A DNA stretch of 64,000 nt, from positions 59,706,001-59,770,000 of the forward strand of contig NC_135655.1 in the NCBI RefSeq assembly GCF_964188315.1, read 5' to 3'. Source of the stretch: Podarcis muralis. Lineage: Eukaryota. This document shows, piece after piece, positions 40,323 through 52,559 of the stretch; the stretch's first letter is position 1, and each line of letters begins with the position of its first letter. The notes beneath the pieces are model-generated. The model was not told where the DNA came from, made no database searches, and saw nothing but the letters and a program-made list of their open reading frames with translations. The position numbers and the translations under genes are program-made.

Positions 40323-41146
40323 TAACTATTCTCAAGTACAACAATAAATATTAGATGAAAGGTAAATACTGGAAGCAAAGATGGTATTTTACTGCAATCC
40401 TGAGCTGTGTGCACCCCAAATATCTAAATTAACGTGGCAATGCTAAACATACTTACTTTGAACACAGACTTCTGAGTAAACTTCAGAAGATTGTGCTGTA
40501 AGGGTAACACTCTGGGAAGCGAATGAAGGTTTGTTTCCTCCATGATTCACAAATTAGACCAGGGCAAGGTAGAGAAAATGTGTTGGATACAAATGGGACA
40601 AGTTAGTTAGATCCCATTGATTTCACTGAAAATTTAGTGCAACAATCTTAGCCTTGATCCAACCTAATATTAGGCATAAACCCACTTTTTATTCTTAAAA
40701 AAGAGAAATGTACCGTATATGTATTGGTGGGACTCAGAGAAATACCAGTGGAATAAATTCTGGTGGAAGTGCTATTCTGTGAACTGTTATAGAAGATCTA
40801 TTGAAAGACTTAGTGCAAGTGTGCATCACAAAATGTTTTGTGAGAGATTGTGCAAGGCCTTATACTAACAGAAGACCACCACTGGATTTTCGTTTTCTTC
40901 CCTCGAACAAGGAACCTGCAGTAATTCAGCAAGAGTCTTTCTGCTCATGGAAGATATGTTCTGCTTACAGGACAGATCTGGAGTCAACCCATATATAGTC
41001 CATATGTAAACACACACACAAGTATGCAAAACATACTTGTGATTACCACTTTACAATTTGATTTTCATATTTTCACTGTTGTGCTAACATTATTGTAAGC
41101 TGCCTTGGAATTGTTAACAGAATGCATTTTAAATGAATCTGTAATA

Positions 41147-41150
41147 TCAA

Positions 41151-41197
<47 letters not shown>
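41147..41197. repeat. (ATT)n microsatellite
   Basis: About 16 ATT units. Confidence 0.95.
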
Positions 41198-41198
<1 letters not shown>

Positions 41199-41374
41199 AG
41201 TATATAAGCAATTTAATCAGCTTTCTTCTTATTATTTTTTATCTTTCGCTATTTGCATTGATAACTGACTTTGAATATAAGGAGATCATTGCTTAGTTTA
41301 AAGGCACTTGTGATGAAAATTAACCTGAGTTGGAAAAGTTGTTCTATATTTGAATTCTGGAAGGAGCTCCAGCT

Positions 41375-41464
41375 CATAGCTGTCAACATTTCCATTTTTT
41401 AAAGGGAAAGTCCCTTATTCCGAATAGGATTCCTCGCAAGAAAAGGGAAAAGTTGACAGCTATG
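41375..41464. mobile_element. 90-bp hAT MITE
   Basis: TIR CATAGCTGTCAAC / GTTGACAGCTATG; perfect 8-bp TSD CTCCAGCT. Confidence 0.9.
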
Positions 41465-41694
41465 CTCCAGCTGATGATAGCCAGCTGTAGGGCCAAAGCT
41501 GGATAAGGCCTCACTGAAATCTGCAATGATGTCATCTGCAGTAGAAGTAATCTCTCTCTCTGGCTCAATTAAGGAGGTGCATGTCAACACAAATCTGGAT
41601 TTTGCCTGGCTGCATAGCCTTTGGACCATTACTGTTGGGGAGAACCAAGGGTAGGACCTTCTACTTGCTCATCAATTCCAAGCTCTTCTTGATA

Positions 41695-41927
41695 CAGTGG
41701 TACCTTGGTTTAATCCATTCTGGAAGTCCATTCTTAAACCAAAGCGTTCTTAAACCAAGGCGTGCTTTACCATAGCAGCAGGGGACTCAATTTACACTCA
41801 ACAGGAAGCGGAACATGTTCTGCTTCCAAGGCAAAGTTCACAAACCAAAACACCTGATTCTGGGTTTGCAGCGTTCTTAATCCAAATTGTTCATAAACTA
41901 AGCTGTTCTTAAACCAAGGTACCACTG
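41695..41927. mobile_element. Tc1/mariner MITE (CAGTGGTACC family)
   Basis: TIR CAGTGGTACCTTGGTTTAA / TTAAACCAAGGTACCACTG; TA TSD. Confidence 0.9.
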
Positions 41928-42324
41928 TATTTTAATTCTTCTTTGATTTCCTGACATGGATGGGAATATGTCTGGGTGGTAGGCTCACTGACTTAACAGT
42001 GTCAACAATGTGAAGTTTAAATTGCTTAAAAAAAAAAAAAGCTTTTCAATTCATTGACACATTTTCCTTCATGAGTTTAGAGGGTTTGAGTCGTCTGTCA
42101 ACAGTCTGCTTAGGCTAGAGCATTCTGGAATCCTGGTCTGGATAAAGGAATGGATCTGCCATAGACATTACAACAGGGCTGCTCAGCTACAAAAGAGGAC
42201 TGATTTTCTTCCATTGACTTCTGTGAAAAACACGCTTGTTTGCAAATAAACATGACTGGGATCAGACTATGTGGCTAATAAACACAATTAGCCACATTGC
42301 CTGAAGCTAGGTATGTTTATTGCA

Positions 42325-42910
42325 ATTCTTTCTTCTTTCTTTGGCTATCACTCCTAGCCGAGTAAAATTGTCTTCCATAAACATGGTTTTAACAATGAGT
42401 CTGTGACTGTGGAGGCCAATTCTGGACCCACACGTCCTTCCACAGTGGGGACATTGGTTCCCGGGTAGGAGTTGATCATGGTGTGGATTTACCAAGCGTG
42501 CCTTCCTCTTAGCATGTTTCTCCCTTGCGTTCTGAGTTCGAGTGTCTTCAATGTCCATGACACCTTTGGTAAAGGCTGTTCTCCAACTGGAGCGCTCAGC
42601 CAGTGGTTCCCAGTTGATAGTGTTATACTACTTTTTTTTATAGATTTGCCTTGAGACAGTCTTTAAACCTCTTTTGTTGACCACCAGCATTACGCTTTCC
42701 AATTTTAAGTTCACAATAGAGCAGTTGCTTTGGAAGACGATAATCAGGCATCCGCACATGACTAGTCCAATGAAGTTGCTGTTGAAGAATCATTGCTTCA
42801 ACACTGGTGATCTTTGCTTCATCCAGTACACTGATATTAGTTTGCCTGACTTCCCAAGTGATGTGTAAGATTTTTCGGAGACACTGTTGATGGAATCTTT
42901 CGAGAAGTTA
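42325..42910 (-). mobile_element. RTE-clade LINE 3' fragment (non-BovB)
   Basis: Minus-strand QLHWTSHVRMPDYRLPKQLL-like segment and C-terminal QCPHCGRTCGSRIGLHSH; (GAA)n-like tail. Confidence 0.8.
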
Positions 42911-43676
42911 TTGCAATTAGCCCCACTGGCTTCAATGGTACTTAAGCTGCAGTCCTATGCACACTTACCTGGGATGCACATAAGCTCCACTGAAGACTCT
43001 CTTCCAAGTAAACGTGCATAGAATTGCACTGTTACTTCTTAATATGTTCACATAACTTTGAAGTCCAACTCAGACTACTTCTTCATTACTTGCTATATGA
43101 AAAGGGTTTCATTAGGAGGCAGGAATTCTGCACAGCTACTCAGAAAGTTCATTTAAGTAAAAAAAAAGGGGGGGGATATAATTTTTCCTGTGTGTGAAAT
43201 TGTGCTTTTCTGCCCTTCTAAGAGACGTTTTAAATTTTTGTTTTTGTAAAAAGCAGCAGGGATGCATTGGGAAGATCAGACAAAAGATCAGCAGAACATT
43301 ACTGAGATGAAAAGACAATGTAAAGTTTCAAGTCAGTAATTTCAAGATGCCTTAAATGCAATACTTTTTTCTCTTTAGAAAAGGTTTGTCAGTTTCACTC
43401 AATGTAACTAAGACTGATGCCCTAATCCTAAATATGTTTACTCAGAAGTAAGTACCATTGGTTCGGTGGGATTTACTTTTGAGTTGGAGCAATGAAGGCT
43501 GTATTCTGAGACTTTCTGAGAAAGAGTCCTTCTAGTTATAGTTGAAAATATATTTTCTCAGGTTAGAACCGCACTGCCCTCTTGTGCTTCTAATTGGAAA
43601 TTGCAGGCAAACAATACTAAAGTGGGGTGCTACCGTTTAAGAAACACAGGACTGCATCTGACTAAATTCTACTCAG

Positions 43677-43829
43677 AGCTCAGCAGATCCATTAAAATTC
43701 AGTAAGTTATGTCCAATAAGTTTAGCTGGACTGCTGTGAGTATGCCTAACGTTGGACACAACCCATGGCTTTGGAGCAGAGGGTGGTTCAAGACTGAAGT
43801 TCATTGTCGAATCTGTGCTGCTCATGCAA
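43677..43829 (+). pseudogene. Cadherin relic exon
   Basis: AG acceptor and GTATGT donor; LSRSIKIQ*VMSNKF...HNPWLWSRGWFKTEV. Confidence 0.45.
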
Positions 43830-43915
43830 GTATGTTTTTCATGGCATGCACATGATGACATCATCATCAAAACATCAGCTTGTATTTTTTTTTTTAACAT
43901 ATAAATATGCAATAA

Positions 43916-44277
43916 GTGGGACGCAAGTGGCACTGTGGGTTAAACCACAGAGCCTAGGACTTGCCGATCAGAAGGTCGGCGGTTCGAATCCCCGCGATGG
44001 GGTGAGCTCCCATTGCTCGGTCCCAGCTCCTGCCAACCTAGCCGTTCGAAAGCACGTCAAAGTGCAAGTAGATAAATAGGTACTGCTCTGGCGGGAAGGT
44101 AAACGGCATTTCTGTGTGCTGCTCTGGCTCGCTAGAAGCGGCTTAGTCATGCTGGCCACATGATCTAGAAGCTGTCTGCGGACAAACACCGGCTCCCTCA
44201 GCCAATAAAGCGAGATGAGCACCGCAACCCCAAAGTCGGTCATGACTGGACCTAATGGTCAGGGGTCCCTTTACCTT
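43916..44277 (+). mobile_element. Sauria SINE, full length
   Basis: GGGACGCAAGTGGCACTGTGGG head, GGTTCGAATCC box B, ACCTTT tail; 10-bp TSD TATGCAATAA (43906-43915 and 44278-44287). Confidence 0.92.
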
Positions 44278-44349
44278 TATGCAATAAATAAAAATAATCA
44301 ATGACACTTCCCCAGTCATTGCTGGTGAGGAAGCTGATTTTTTGGCCAT

Positions 44350-44438
44350 GGATGCTTTAGTTGAGATTCCTGCATTGCAGGGAGTTGGGCTAGATGACCC
44401 TCAGGGTCCCTTCCAACTCTAGAATTCTATGATTCTAT
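44350..44438 (+). mobile_element. CR1 LINE 3' end
   Basis: CTAGATGACCCTCAGGGTCCCTTCCAACTCTAGAATTCTATGATTCTATG, with the (ATTCTATG)n CR1 tail. Confidence 0.85.
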
Positions 44439-44469
44439 GGTGGGCAGCTTGTCATGTATTTAGTAATGT

Positions 44470-45340
44470 TTTGGTGGGTGGTCTCTATTGCTAAACCCCT
44501 ACCTGCATTTGCTCCTCACCTGAGCAGAAGATGGCCATTTCCCCCTCCTGGCAGCTCAAAAAATATGAGCATATCTATTTCCACCAATTCCTGCATGCTG
44601 AAGGCATATCAGAATCTCAGCACATCAGTTTGGAAGAACTGCGCTCTCAAGATTTCCCCACAGTACATGCAAGAGATTGCCTTGAAGGTGGTAATTACAG
44701 TACGTAGATCAAGGTGTTTGTTTTTTTAAAAAAAAATTAGGAAACTTGTGCAAGACCTTTTTATTACTCTTGTGCCAGTCTTATACAAGTAAATATTCCT
44801 ATTACACAAGAATTCAGTTTCAAAAAAATAAAAATGGACTTGGATATGTGCATGCATGCCCAGAATGGAAATAGAGAGAGTGAAGGAAGAATGGCCGAGG
44901 GAAAGGACAAAAGAACATAATGGAGATACTTTTCATCAAGTTCTGCCCACTGGTGTTTACAGCAAGCAGTAGTAGATTAACAACTATCCATGACTGGACA
45001 AAAAAGAGGAATGGGGAGAAGCTAATGTGCCAAATGTGCACACAGAAAAATCAGAGCAGAATGACCCATTTGTGTTTTTAGGCTCCCATCTGGAAGCACC
45101 CACACAATGCTAAGATTCTAAGTAGAGAGGTGCTGCGGCTGAAGCCATGCCAGGAATCTTAAATATGATGAAACAGACTGTGGCACAGGCTTAGATTCTA
45201 TTCCAGCTACTCATCTCTAGAGTTGAAACAATTCTGGAATAAAGCCCCAGGTTCCTGAACACTGGAACAAATTAAGTCTTTGGGATATCCATCCTTGTAA
45301 CAGGAGCACGATCTTTGGAAAGCAATCTATTTCTATTTGG
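44470..45340 (+). pseudogene. Cadherin relic exons including the best-preserved Ca-binding motif
   Basis: VVSIAKPL; IYFHQFLHAEGISES...TVHARDCLEGGN (44660-44695; A.D.D.G.N motif); GDTFHQVLPTGV; ETILE*SPRF. Confidence 0.7.
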
Positions 45341-45520
45341 TCGGGTTTTTTGTGGTTGCTGGATGAATCATTCCTAAGTTTCAGAGAACTAAAAAGGGCC
45401 TTCCTCTTAAATCATAAGCAAGACTCTACAAGAAAAGTATTAGGATCCAAGTAATTCAAGAGCTTTATAGGTTATTTGCAACACCTTGAATTCAGACAGG
45501 AAGCACATTGGAAGCCAGTA

Positions 45521-45763
45521 CAGTGGTACCTCGGTTCATGAACTTAATCTGTTCTGGAAGTCTGTTCTTAAACCGAAACAGTTCTTTGAACCGGGGCACG
45601 CTTTCCCTAATTGAGGCCTCCTGCTGCTGGTACCCTTCCACTGTTCAGCTTCTGTTCTTAGGTCAAGGTAAAGTTTGCTAACCGGAACACTACTTCCAGT
45701 TTTGTGGAGTTCTTAAACCGACTAATTCGTAAACAGGGCTGTTCTTAAACTGAGGTACCACTG
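45521..45763. mobile_element. Tc1/mariner MITE (CAGTGGTACC family)
   Basis: TIR CAGTGGTACCTCGGTT / AACTGAGGTACCACTG; TA TSD. Confidence 0.9.
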
Positions 45764-46460
45764 TACAGTTCTTTCAGAGCAGGTTTAGTATGGTACCAAC
45801 CAGTGACTCCTCTCAAGGACAGAGTAAGGATGGGGAAGAAGTTTGATACACAGGCATTGTCCTGGCCACCCCACTCAGAATGTCTGCCTCTGAAGAAGGA
45901 TCCCGGCAGCCCTTTTTGAAAAAGGTGACACAAGGAGGGAGGAGGGAGAGAAGCTGCTGGTAGTGCTGACACTGCTAATGTGATGGTGAGGCACATGGCC
46001 AATGGAGCTCATTTCGTTGAGGGAGCTGAGTTCGTTTCAATCTAGCGCCTCATGGGCCTGGACCCAATGCAGCTTGTTCCTCCCTCTGCTTTTCAACATC
46101 ACAATGTATCACTATATTGTTTGGCCGGTGATACATCGCGATGTTTAAAAGCTGATATTTCCCAGCCCTAGTCCTTTTCAAAATATTATATAAGACTGTG
46201 GTCCTATATACATTAATTTGGATCTTAAGCTGCTTCTGTGTGGTGACTAGAATTGGGGGCAACTTCCACTACATGAGAATCTTATGTCAAATTCCCAACA
46301 AAATGGAGCTGGGTGTCATCTGCGTAACAGTGGCACTATGTTACAAAAACAAGTTCAGGTATCTTAATTTCTTATTTTTCCCAACGCAAACACAACTTTT
46401 CTGTTAGAGCAATTTTTTTAATGTGAAATCAACATATTAACTTTATTTGACCTATTTACA

Positions 46461-47115
46461 CCTATTGCTGTCCATGGAAGTGCAGGTCAATTCTGTGTCC
46501 AGGGCAGCTGCCTACCAGCTCCACTTGCTACACTGGCTGAGACCCTACCTGCCCACAGATTGTTTCACCAGAGTGGCGCATGCTCTGGTTATCTCCCGCT
46601 TGGACAACTTTAGTGTGCTCTATGTGGGTCTACCTTAGAAGGTGACCCGGAAACTGCAACTAATCCAGAATGAGGCAGCTAGAATGGTGACTGGGAGTGG
46701 CTGCCAGGACCATATAACACTGGTCCTAAAGGATATTAATTGGCTCCTAGTGTGTTTTTGAGCACAATTCGGTGTGTTGGTGCTGACCTTTAAAGCCCTA
46801 AATGACCTCGGTCCAGTATATCTGAAGGAACGTCTCCACCCCCATCACTCAGCCCAGACACTGAGCTCCTCCAAGGGTCTTCTGTTGGTTCCCTCACTGC
46901 AAGAAGCGAAGTAACAGGGAACCAAGCAGAGGGCCTTCTCGGTAGTGGCACCCTCCCTGTGGAATGCTCTCCCTTCAGATGTCAAGGAGATAAAGAATTA
47001 CAGAACTTTTAGAATACAGGCAGCCCTGTATTGGGAAGTTTTTAATGTTTGCCGCTTTATTATGTTTTATATATTCTGTAAGCCACCCAAAGTGGCTAGG
47101 GACACCCAGCCAGAT
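46461..47115 (+). mobile_element. L2 LINE 3' fragment
   Basis: AAYQLHLLHWLRPYLPTDCFTRVAHALVISRLDNFSVLYVGLP plus the L2 3' UTR ending GCCAGATGGGTGGGG. Confidence 0.88.
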
Positions 47116-47437
47116 GGGTGGGGCTAGAAATAATAAAATTTTTGTTGTCGTTGCTGCTGCTGCTGGTTGGCTTGAAAACCAGTTGTGTCTTGTGCAGCTC
47201 TAACTGCTTTGCATTTAACATGTGCCTCAGAGCACAAGGAAGCAGGTGGAAAGAATGGAAAGAGCTGTGCTGTGCAGGGACTGGCCACAAATTGCAGGGA
47301 AGTGTGCCTAAAAGAAGCTGCAAGTGGATAAGTTGCATCTCTACTAGGAGTGCTCATAGCACTGGGTAGATACCCATATTCCCATAAGACCACAGACTTG
47401 AACAAAGATTATTTGGGCTGCAATTCAAACCTCCCGC

Positions 47438-49760
47438 TACCCACTGCTAGTGGAGCTTCGTGGAATAGAGGGGTCACCACCACTTCTGCAGTCCTGCTGT
47501 GAACAGCGACCAGGGAAGAAAGTTGAGTGCAGTAAGACTGTAGCACCAACCAGGCCTAATGCTGTCACACAACAGCAGTGACACCAGCTTGAGATCCAAA
47601 GGAACCTGGGCTCACTCAGCCCTGCCTCCAGAATGCCCCGTGTTTGGGCTTTCCACTGTCTACCAAGAAGCTCAGTGGGTGGAAACAGGAGTGCCACACT
47701 GATGAGAAGCCAGCCTAGCAGAGAGAGCTGTGTGGAAGGACATCTCCACCCAGTTCAACCCCCCTCCAGTCCAGGACAAGGGGGTTTGGATTTCTCTACC
47801 TGGCTGCAATCCAAGACTCACTTGTTTCAGAGAAAGCCCCAATGAAGTCAATGGGAGTTACTTCTGAGGAGACATGTACAGGATTGCACCACTGGCACAA
47901 GTACCGGGCCTAAACTAGTTTTGGATTATATCCTGTTTGGTTATACAGCTTCCTGTTACAATGTACATGAGCTCAGGTTTTATGCACTGCTCAACTTTGC
48001 CTTAGTGTTTCTCCTTCTAACATTGAAAAAGAACTACGGTAGTAGCCAGATAATTTGGTGCCCCTGAAAACTGTCCTGAAGTAAGCAACATATGAAATTG
48101 CCTTATACTACCCAGCTCATCATGTTTCTAAAAGGTTTTGGACCCTTCCAACCCACTCCAAACTCTACCTGGAGACCTTTTGTTTTCGGAGCATGTGCTC
48201 CACCACTGAGCTATGGACCAACCCTGGCCATTGATGATGCCGTTATTCTAAATCCCTTTTTTTACATAATTTACCCTGTGACATTGAAGAGTTCTGGAGT
48301 AATCTCTCATGTTCACCTTGTTCCATTTATTGGTTTGTGCATTGGTTAAGTATAGCCAATATTTGAATATAGTAGTTGATGTTTGAGTTCACTGTTTCTA
48401 ACTATGTATTTTTTACACCTCCACATATAAAACTTGTTTTCAAAATGAATCTATAGTATAACAGACTTGCCATTTGCATTAATGGTAAGGATCATTTTGA
48501 TGCTTCAGACCCCTTTAAGATAAATATGGAACTTTTCTCCAATTAGAAAGCCTTGCAAATAGAATCCTACTGTGCTGGCACTTGAAAAGTCCTCCTTGCA
48601 TTTCTTAAATCTTTGCTCCCATATCATGATATTCTATCTTCAAAGAAGTTACTTTTTCTGGTGCTCATTGGCAAAATGCAGCAATAAAGGGCAGCCTACC
48701 TTTCGTATTTGAAGCTTTCCTTTCCAGCTACAATGATCTGGGCATCGCATGGTGAGGAAAGAGAACAGAGGAAATAAACCAGCAGAAATTTAGCATCTTA
48801 AAAGAACAAATGCTTATAATCAGTTTGAGTGCTCAGTGGATTTGTGAAATTGTTTGGGATTAACAGGCTATTGATAGCTCATAAAACAATATTTAGCTTT
48901 GTCTGGGGAACAGCAGTGGAGAAAGGTGTGGGCACCTTGTCAAACGGGACCCATTGAGGAAGGATGATGGGTTAAGTGTGGGGGTCGACGTGGCAGCGTG
49001 GGTGCCCATTCTTCAAGGAGAGCTTGTCAGTTGTTAGTAAGACTAATGAAAAGAAGGACGCCAGCATCTGATGGCTGGGGTAGTATTGATGCAAGTTAGC
49101 TGACTAATCAGATTGAAAAAGTCCCATGGTATTTATGTCACTTTAATTTGCCTCAAACAATTGAAGACGACAGCACTCTATTAAGGAAAGCTTGATCCAG
49201 AACTAAAGCTAAATAAATTAGGGTCTCAGTTTAATCAAATTATCCTTTTACTGGCCTTGGATTAACTCAGAAAGACAGCGTCGGTCTAGGGACTTTTGAT
49301 TGGCTGGCTAATTTTTAAGAAGCCAATATGAAGAATGAGAGATTTTACACACAACTACTACATATAATACTTCAAACAGTCCCCTCCTTTTTCTTTTAAA
49401 AACTGGAAATAATGCATGTGTAAAGAGAATTAGTATTTTTGTAAGGAAGAGAGAGGCTTCAGCTTTTTCTAAAGTATAATTTGCTTGAATTAATTCAATT
49501 TAGTTGAATTAAATAAGCTTAAGCTATAGCTTTCCCCACTTTTTGTAAGGAGCTGTTGCTTTCCCATTAAGGCAACAGGAATTCATCAAAGCAATATAAA
49601 ATGTATCCAGACTGCCACAATCCCAAGACTGTAACAAAAGTCTGGTGAAACTTTCTCTTCTCTTTACAGAAGGCTCTTTTACATTTAAAATGTAGTATGA
49701 TTAAGAAAACAAAAAGTAACCACAAGAGATCAAAACTAAATGTTGTCGGTGTTTTCATAG
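47438..49760 (+). pseudogene. Cadherin relic segments
   Basis: YPLLVELRGIEGSPPLLQS (47438-47494); QNAPCLG; AEI*HLKRTNAYNQF; PASDGWGSIDAS*LTNQIEKVPWYLCHFNLPQTIEDDS (49061-49175); GNRNSSKQYKMYPD. Confidence 0.7.
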
Positions 49761-50301
49761 TTCCTTTTACTGTAAGTTTTGCTTTAACATGATAAATTCA
49801 TTCTGGGTTTTAAGAGCCATGCTTGCTAGATACTACAGTGACCGTGCAATCCTATACATCTCTAGTCAGAACTACGCTCCACTGAGATCCATGGGTCTTA
49901 CACTCATTTAAATTTATATAGGGTTGCAGTTCAATCCATCATTTATATAGAGTTCTCTATCTGAGATATTCTTTCTATGCCCATATGCCTATATAACACA
50001 CTACAATATTCAGGAGATAGGGAAGAAAAGTCTCAAAGTAGCAATTAAATGTTAGATGTAAATTGCTCCACAGTCAACCCCAGGGCAATGGATAGCGCCT
50101 ATAATAAGACATTAAAACCAACTCAAAATGCTAAAACAAGTTAATAATTGCACACCTCCAAACATATATATTACACCATGAATATGAATTTGGAATAATA
50201 TAGCAAACAACAAAACATTTGGCACAACTAATCAACTGCAAAAGAGAACCCAATCAATCTACACAAATCAACAGGCAGATAATTAACACTTGTCTTCCCA
50301 G

Positions 50302-50374
50302 CACTACAGGACCAGTATCCACTAGGAACTTGATTATCACTGTTGTAACTGGTGCTGCACTCCCGCCCCAGCAA
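50302..50374 (+). pseudogene. Cadherin relic exon, open, intact splice sites
   Basis: Acceptor acttgtcttcccAG and donor CAA|GTAATG; STTGPVSTRNLIITVVTGAALPPQQ. Confidence 0.6.
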
Positions 50375-50589
50375 GTAATGGAAGAAAAATTATTGGCTAG
50401 CAGGGGTGAGTGACATTTCAGAATAGGATCCAGGCACCTTCTCCATTCTTCCTTCAACCTCTCCCTTCCCAAAGAGATGGGAGTGCAATGTACTCAAATG
50501 CACACAACTATCGTGATTCTCCCATTTCCTCTCTGTGATTAATATGAACTCTGTGCTGGTTTGAAATGTAGGTAAATTCCTAGAATGTA

Positions 50590-51331
50590 ATTGTGTATGG
50601 GGTGTTAGGGGAGGGGTAGTACATCTAGCAGGGGACATGTCATGCTCCTTCTGAGGTAGTTTGTCCAACTTTGGTCCCCACCCTGCACTCAGCTCTCACC
50701 TGTGACTCCTAGAAGCTGTCAGCATGCAACAGCGGCCATCCTGAGAACAGCTTTGACTGGTCAGTTAAACTAGGTGAAAGTAGCCAATGGGTCTCAAACC
50801 CTTGGTGTGTTAGGGACTTCCTCTGCATGTGAAGACAGGCTCTAGAGGATTGAGAAGATGAGACCAATAGTGGACCCAACAGTCAAGGCAGTTTCTGCAC
50901 ATGCTGTAGAGAGGGAAGTGAGGGGCAGATGGGGCTCGTCAACCTGGGAAGGTAGCCCATCTAAGAGAAGGAAAACTCTGATCCTATACCTGTGCTGCTT
51001 TCTGTGATATGTTTGGGAGAAGAAAAGGCTACAGAGTACCGTAAACCCTACAAAAATCTGGAGTGGACTCCCTAAGATGGTTGGATGGCATCTTGAACAC
51101 CTCCTTTCTGCAACTCCTGAAGCCTAGCTGCTGCCAAACATATTGTTCTGCTTTCCTTTGGACCATACAAGCAAGGTTGAGAGTGGGATCTTAGCAGCCC
51201 AGAACCTTCATACCCACTGCCCAGGCTTGCACCCAGGGAGGTCACTTCAGTACTGCTAACACAGTGGTTTGGCTTCACCCCTGGAGATGTACTCCATTGT
51301 CTCTTGAGACATAAGGATACCATCAACAACA
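50590..51331 (+). mobile_element. Unclassified non-LTR-type element with (CAA)n tail
   Basis: Ends ...GTACTCCATTGTCTCTTGAGACATAAGGATACCATCAACAACAA; I recognise it as a lizard interspersed repeat but cannot assign the family. Confidence 0.5.
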
Positions 51332-51635
51332 AACCCTGTGATGACAATGGCAGGATAATCACATTATTGCATACTTGCAACACAACCCTCAACTGGACAG
51401 GCCACCACTGTGGCAGGAAAGTTTATTTTCTAACACAGACATCAGAACCACTAACACCACGGTACTGAGAGGGAGAAACTGGGGAGTACAGAATGAAATA
51501 GCATCTGGATTGACAGCACTTCTTTTTAATCACTCACCACCAACCCACAATAAAAACCTAGTAACAGGAACCATCTGTAAATACTATCCCTGTTTCCTTT
51601 GTCTCTCCACAGACAAACAGATAGGCATTCAATAA
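51332..51635 (+). pseudogene. Cadherin relic segment
   Basis: QLDRPPLWQESLFSNTDIRTTNTTVLRGRNWGVQNEIASGL...NLVTGTICKY follows EC-repeat order (D.PP.F..., GT.VL, N.EI.Y, TG.I). Confidence 0.6.
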
Positions 51636-51715
51636 ACACAGGAGAAAAGATTCTTTCTGCCCACCACCAATGGAGCCTACATAAATAAATACCAAATCAA
51701 CACATTAACAATAGT

Positions 51716-52274
51716 GGTTTTTTTTTAAATAATATTTATTGCAACAATTTAAACACTTACAAAAAAAAGAGCAAAGAAAAAACAATACATTACACTACAT
51801 AACACTAAAAACTAACAAGACAAAACAAAAACAATTTAAAAACACATCAAAAAAAGGAAAAAGAAATTTCAATATTTTGTCTTTCTTTCACATATTTCCA
51901 CGACCTCCTCACGCCTCCCTTTTTGTATTCCACTTCTATTAATTATTTCAGCAATTCCTTTCCATCTTCCCGTTTTCTGTCCTATAATTATCTTAACACA
52001 TTTTAACCTTATTTTTCCATTAATACTCTATTAATCTATTTGTACTTAATTCCTTATAACCTTTCTACTGAAGCCATATCACTTCATTCCAACGTTCTTC
52101 TAACATTTATTAATTTTACAATATTTCTGTAAATAGTCTTTAAACTTTTTCCAATCTTCTTCCACCGACTCATCTCCCTAGTCTCGGATTCTGCCAGTCA
52201 TTTCCGCCAGTTCCATATAGTCCATCAACTTCATCTGCCATTCTTCCCTGGTGGGTAAATCTTGTGTCTTCCCA
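51716..52274 (-). mobile_element. L1-like LINE 3' end
   Basis: Minus strand WKTQDLPTREEWQMKLMDYMELAEMTGRIRD, then 3' UTR and poly(A). Confidence 0.75.
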
Positions 52275-52559
52275 CATTAACAATAGTGTTATAGAAATCT
52301 ACAGCTGTTATTTCACTGTATGTCATGCAGCTTTCCCAATCACACCCAGAACAAGAAAGTTGCCTATTCCATTCCTTTGTGTTTTCAAAATTCATTCCAC
52401 TACTGCAGCATTTTTATAAATGTTGATAGTTTCACCTGTCTTTTTGTTCTAATTAAGATTTAAATGACCCCTGCTTCTCACCTGTAACTCACCTCAGAAG
52501 TCTTTACAATGGGCACTCCAAAGGGATGGACTTCACCGCAGCACATTAAACTAGGGTTA

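Larger units (their letters stand above)
38678..41694 (+). pseudogene. Cadherin relic segments
   Basis: NKQFFNIYIHCLVKAKL (strong acceptor at 38678, donor GTAAGC); KIDSSDAGIILINL; LPSNKEPAVIQQESF; SLWTITVGENQG*DLLLAHQFQALLD (41616-41693). Confidence 0.6.

Noticed and set aside
51140-51230. CFPLDHTSKVESGIL as a cadherin motif
   Set aside because: It lies inside the (CAA)-tailed interspersed repeat, so it is a chance match. This is a reminder that some weaker relic segments may also be spurious.
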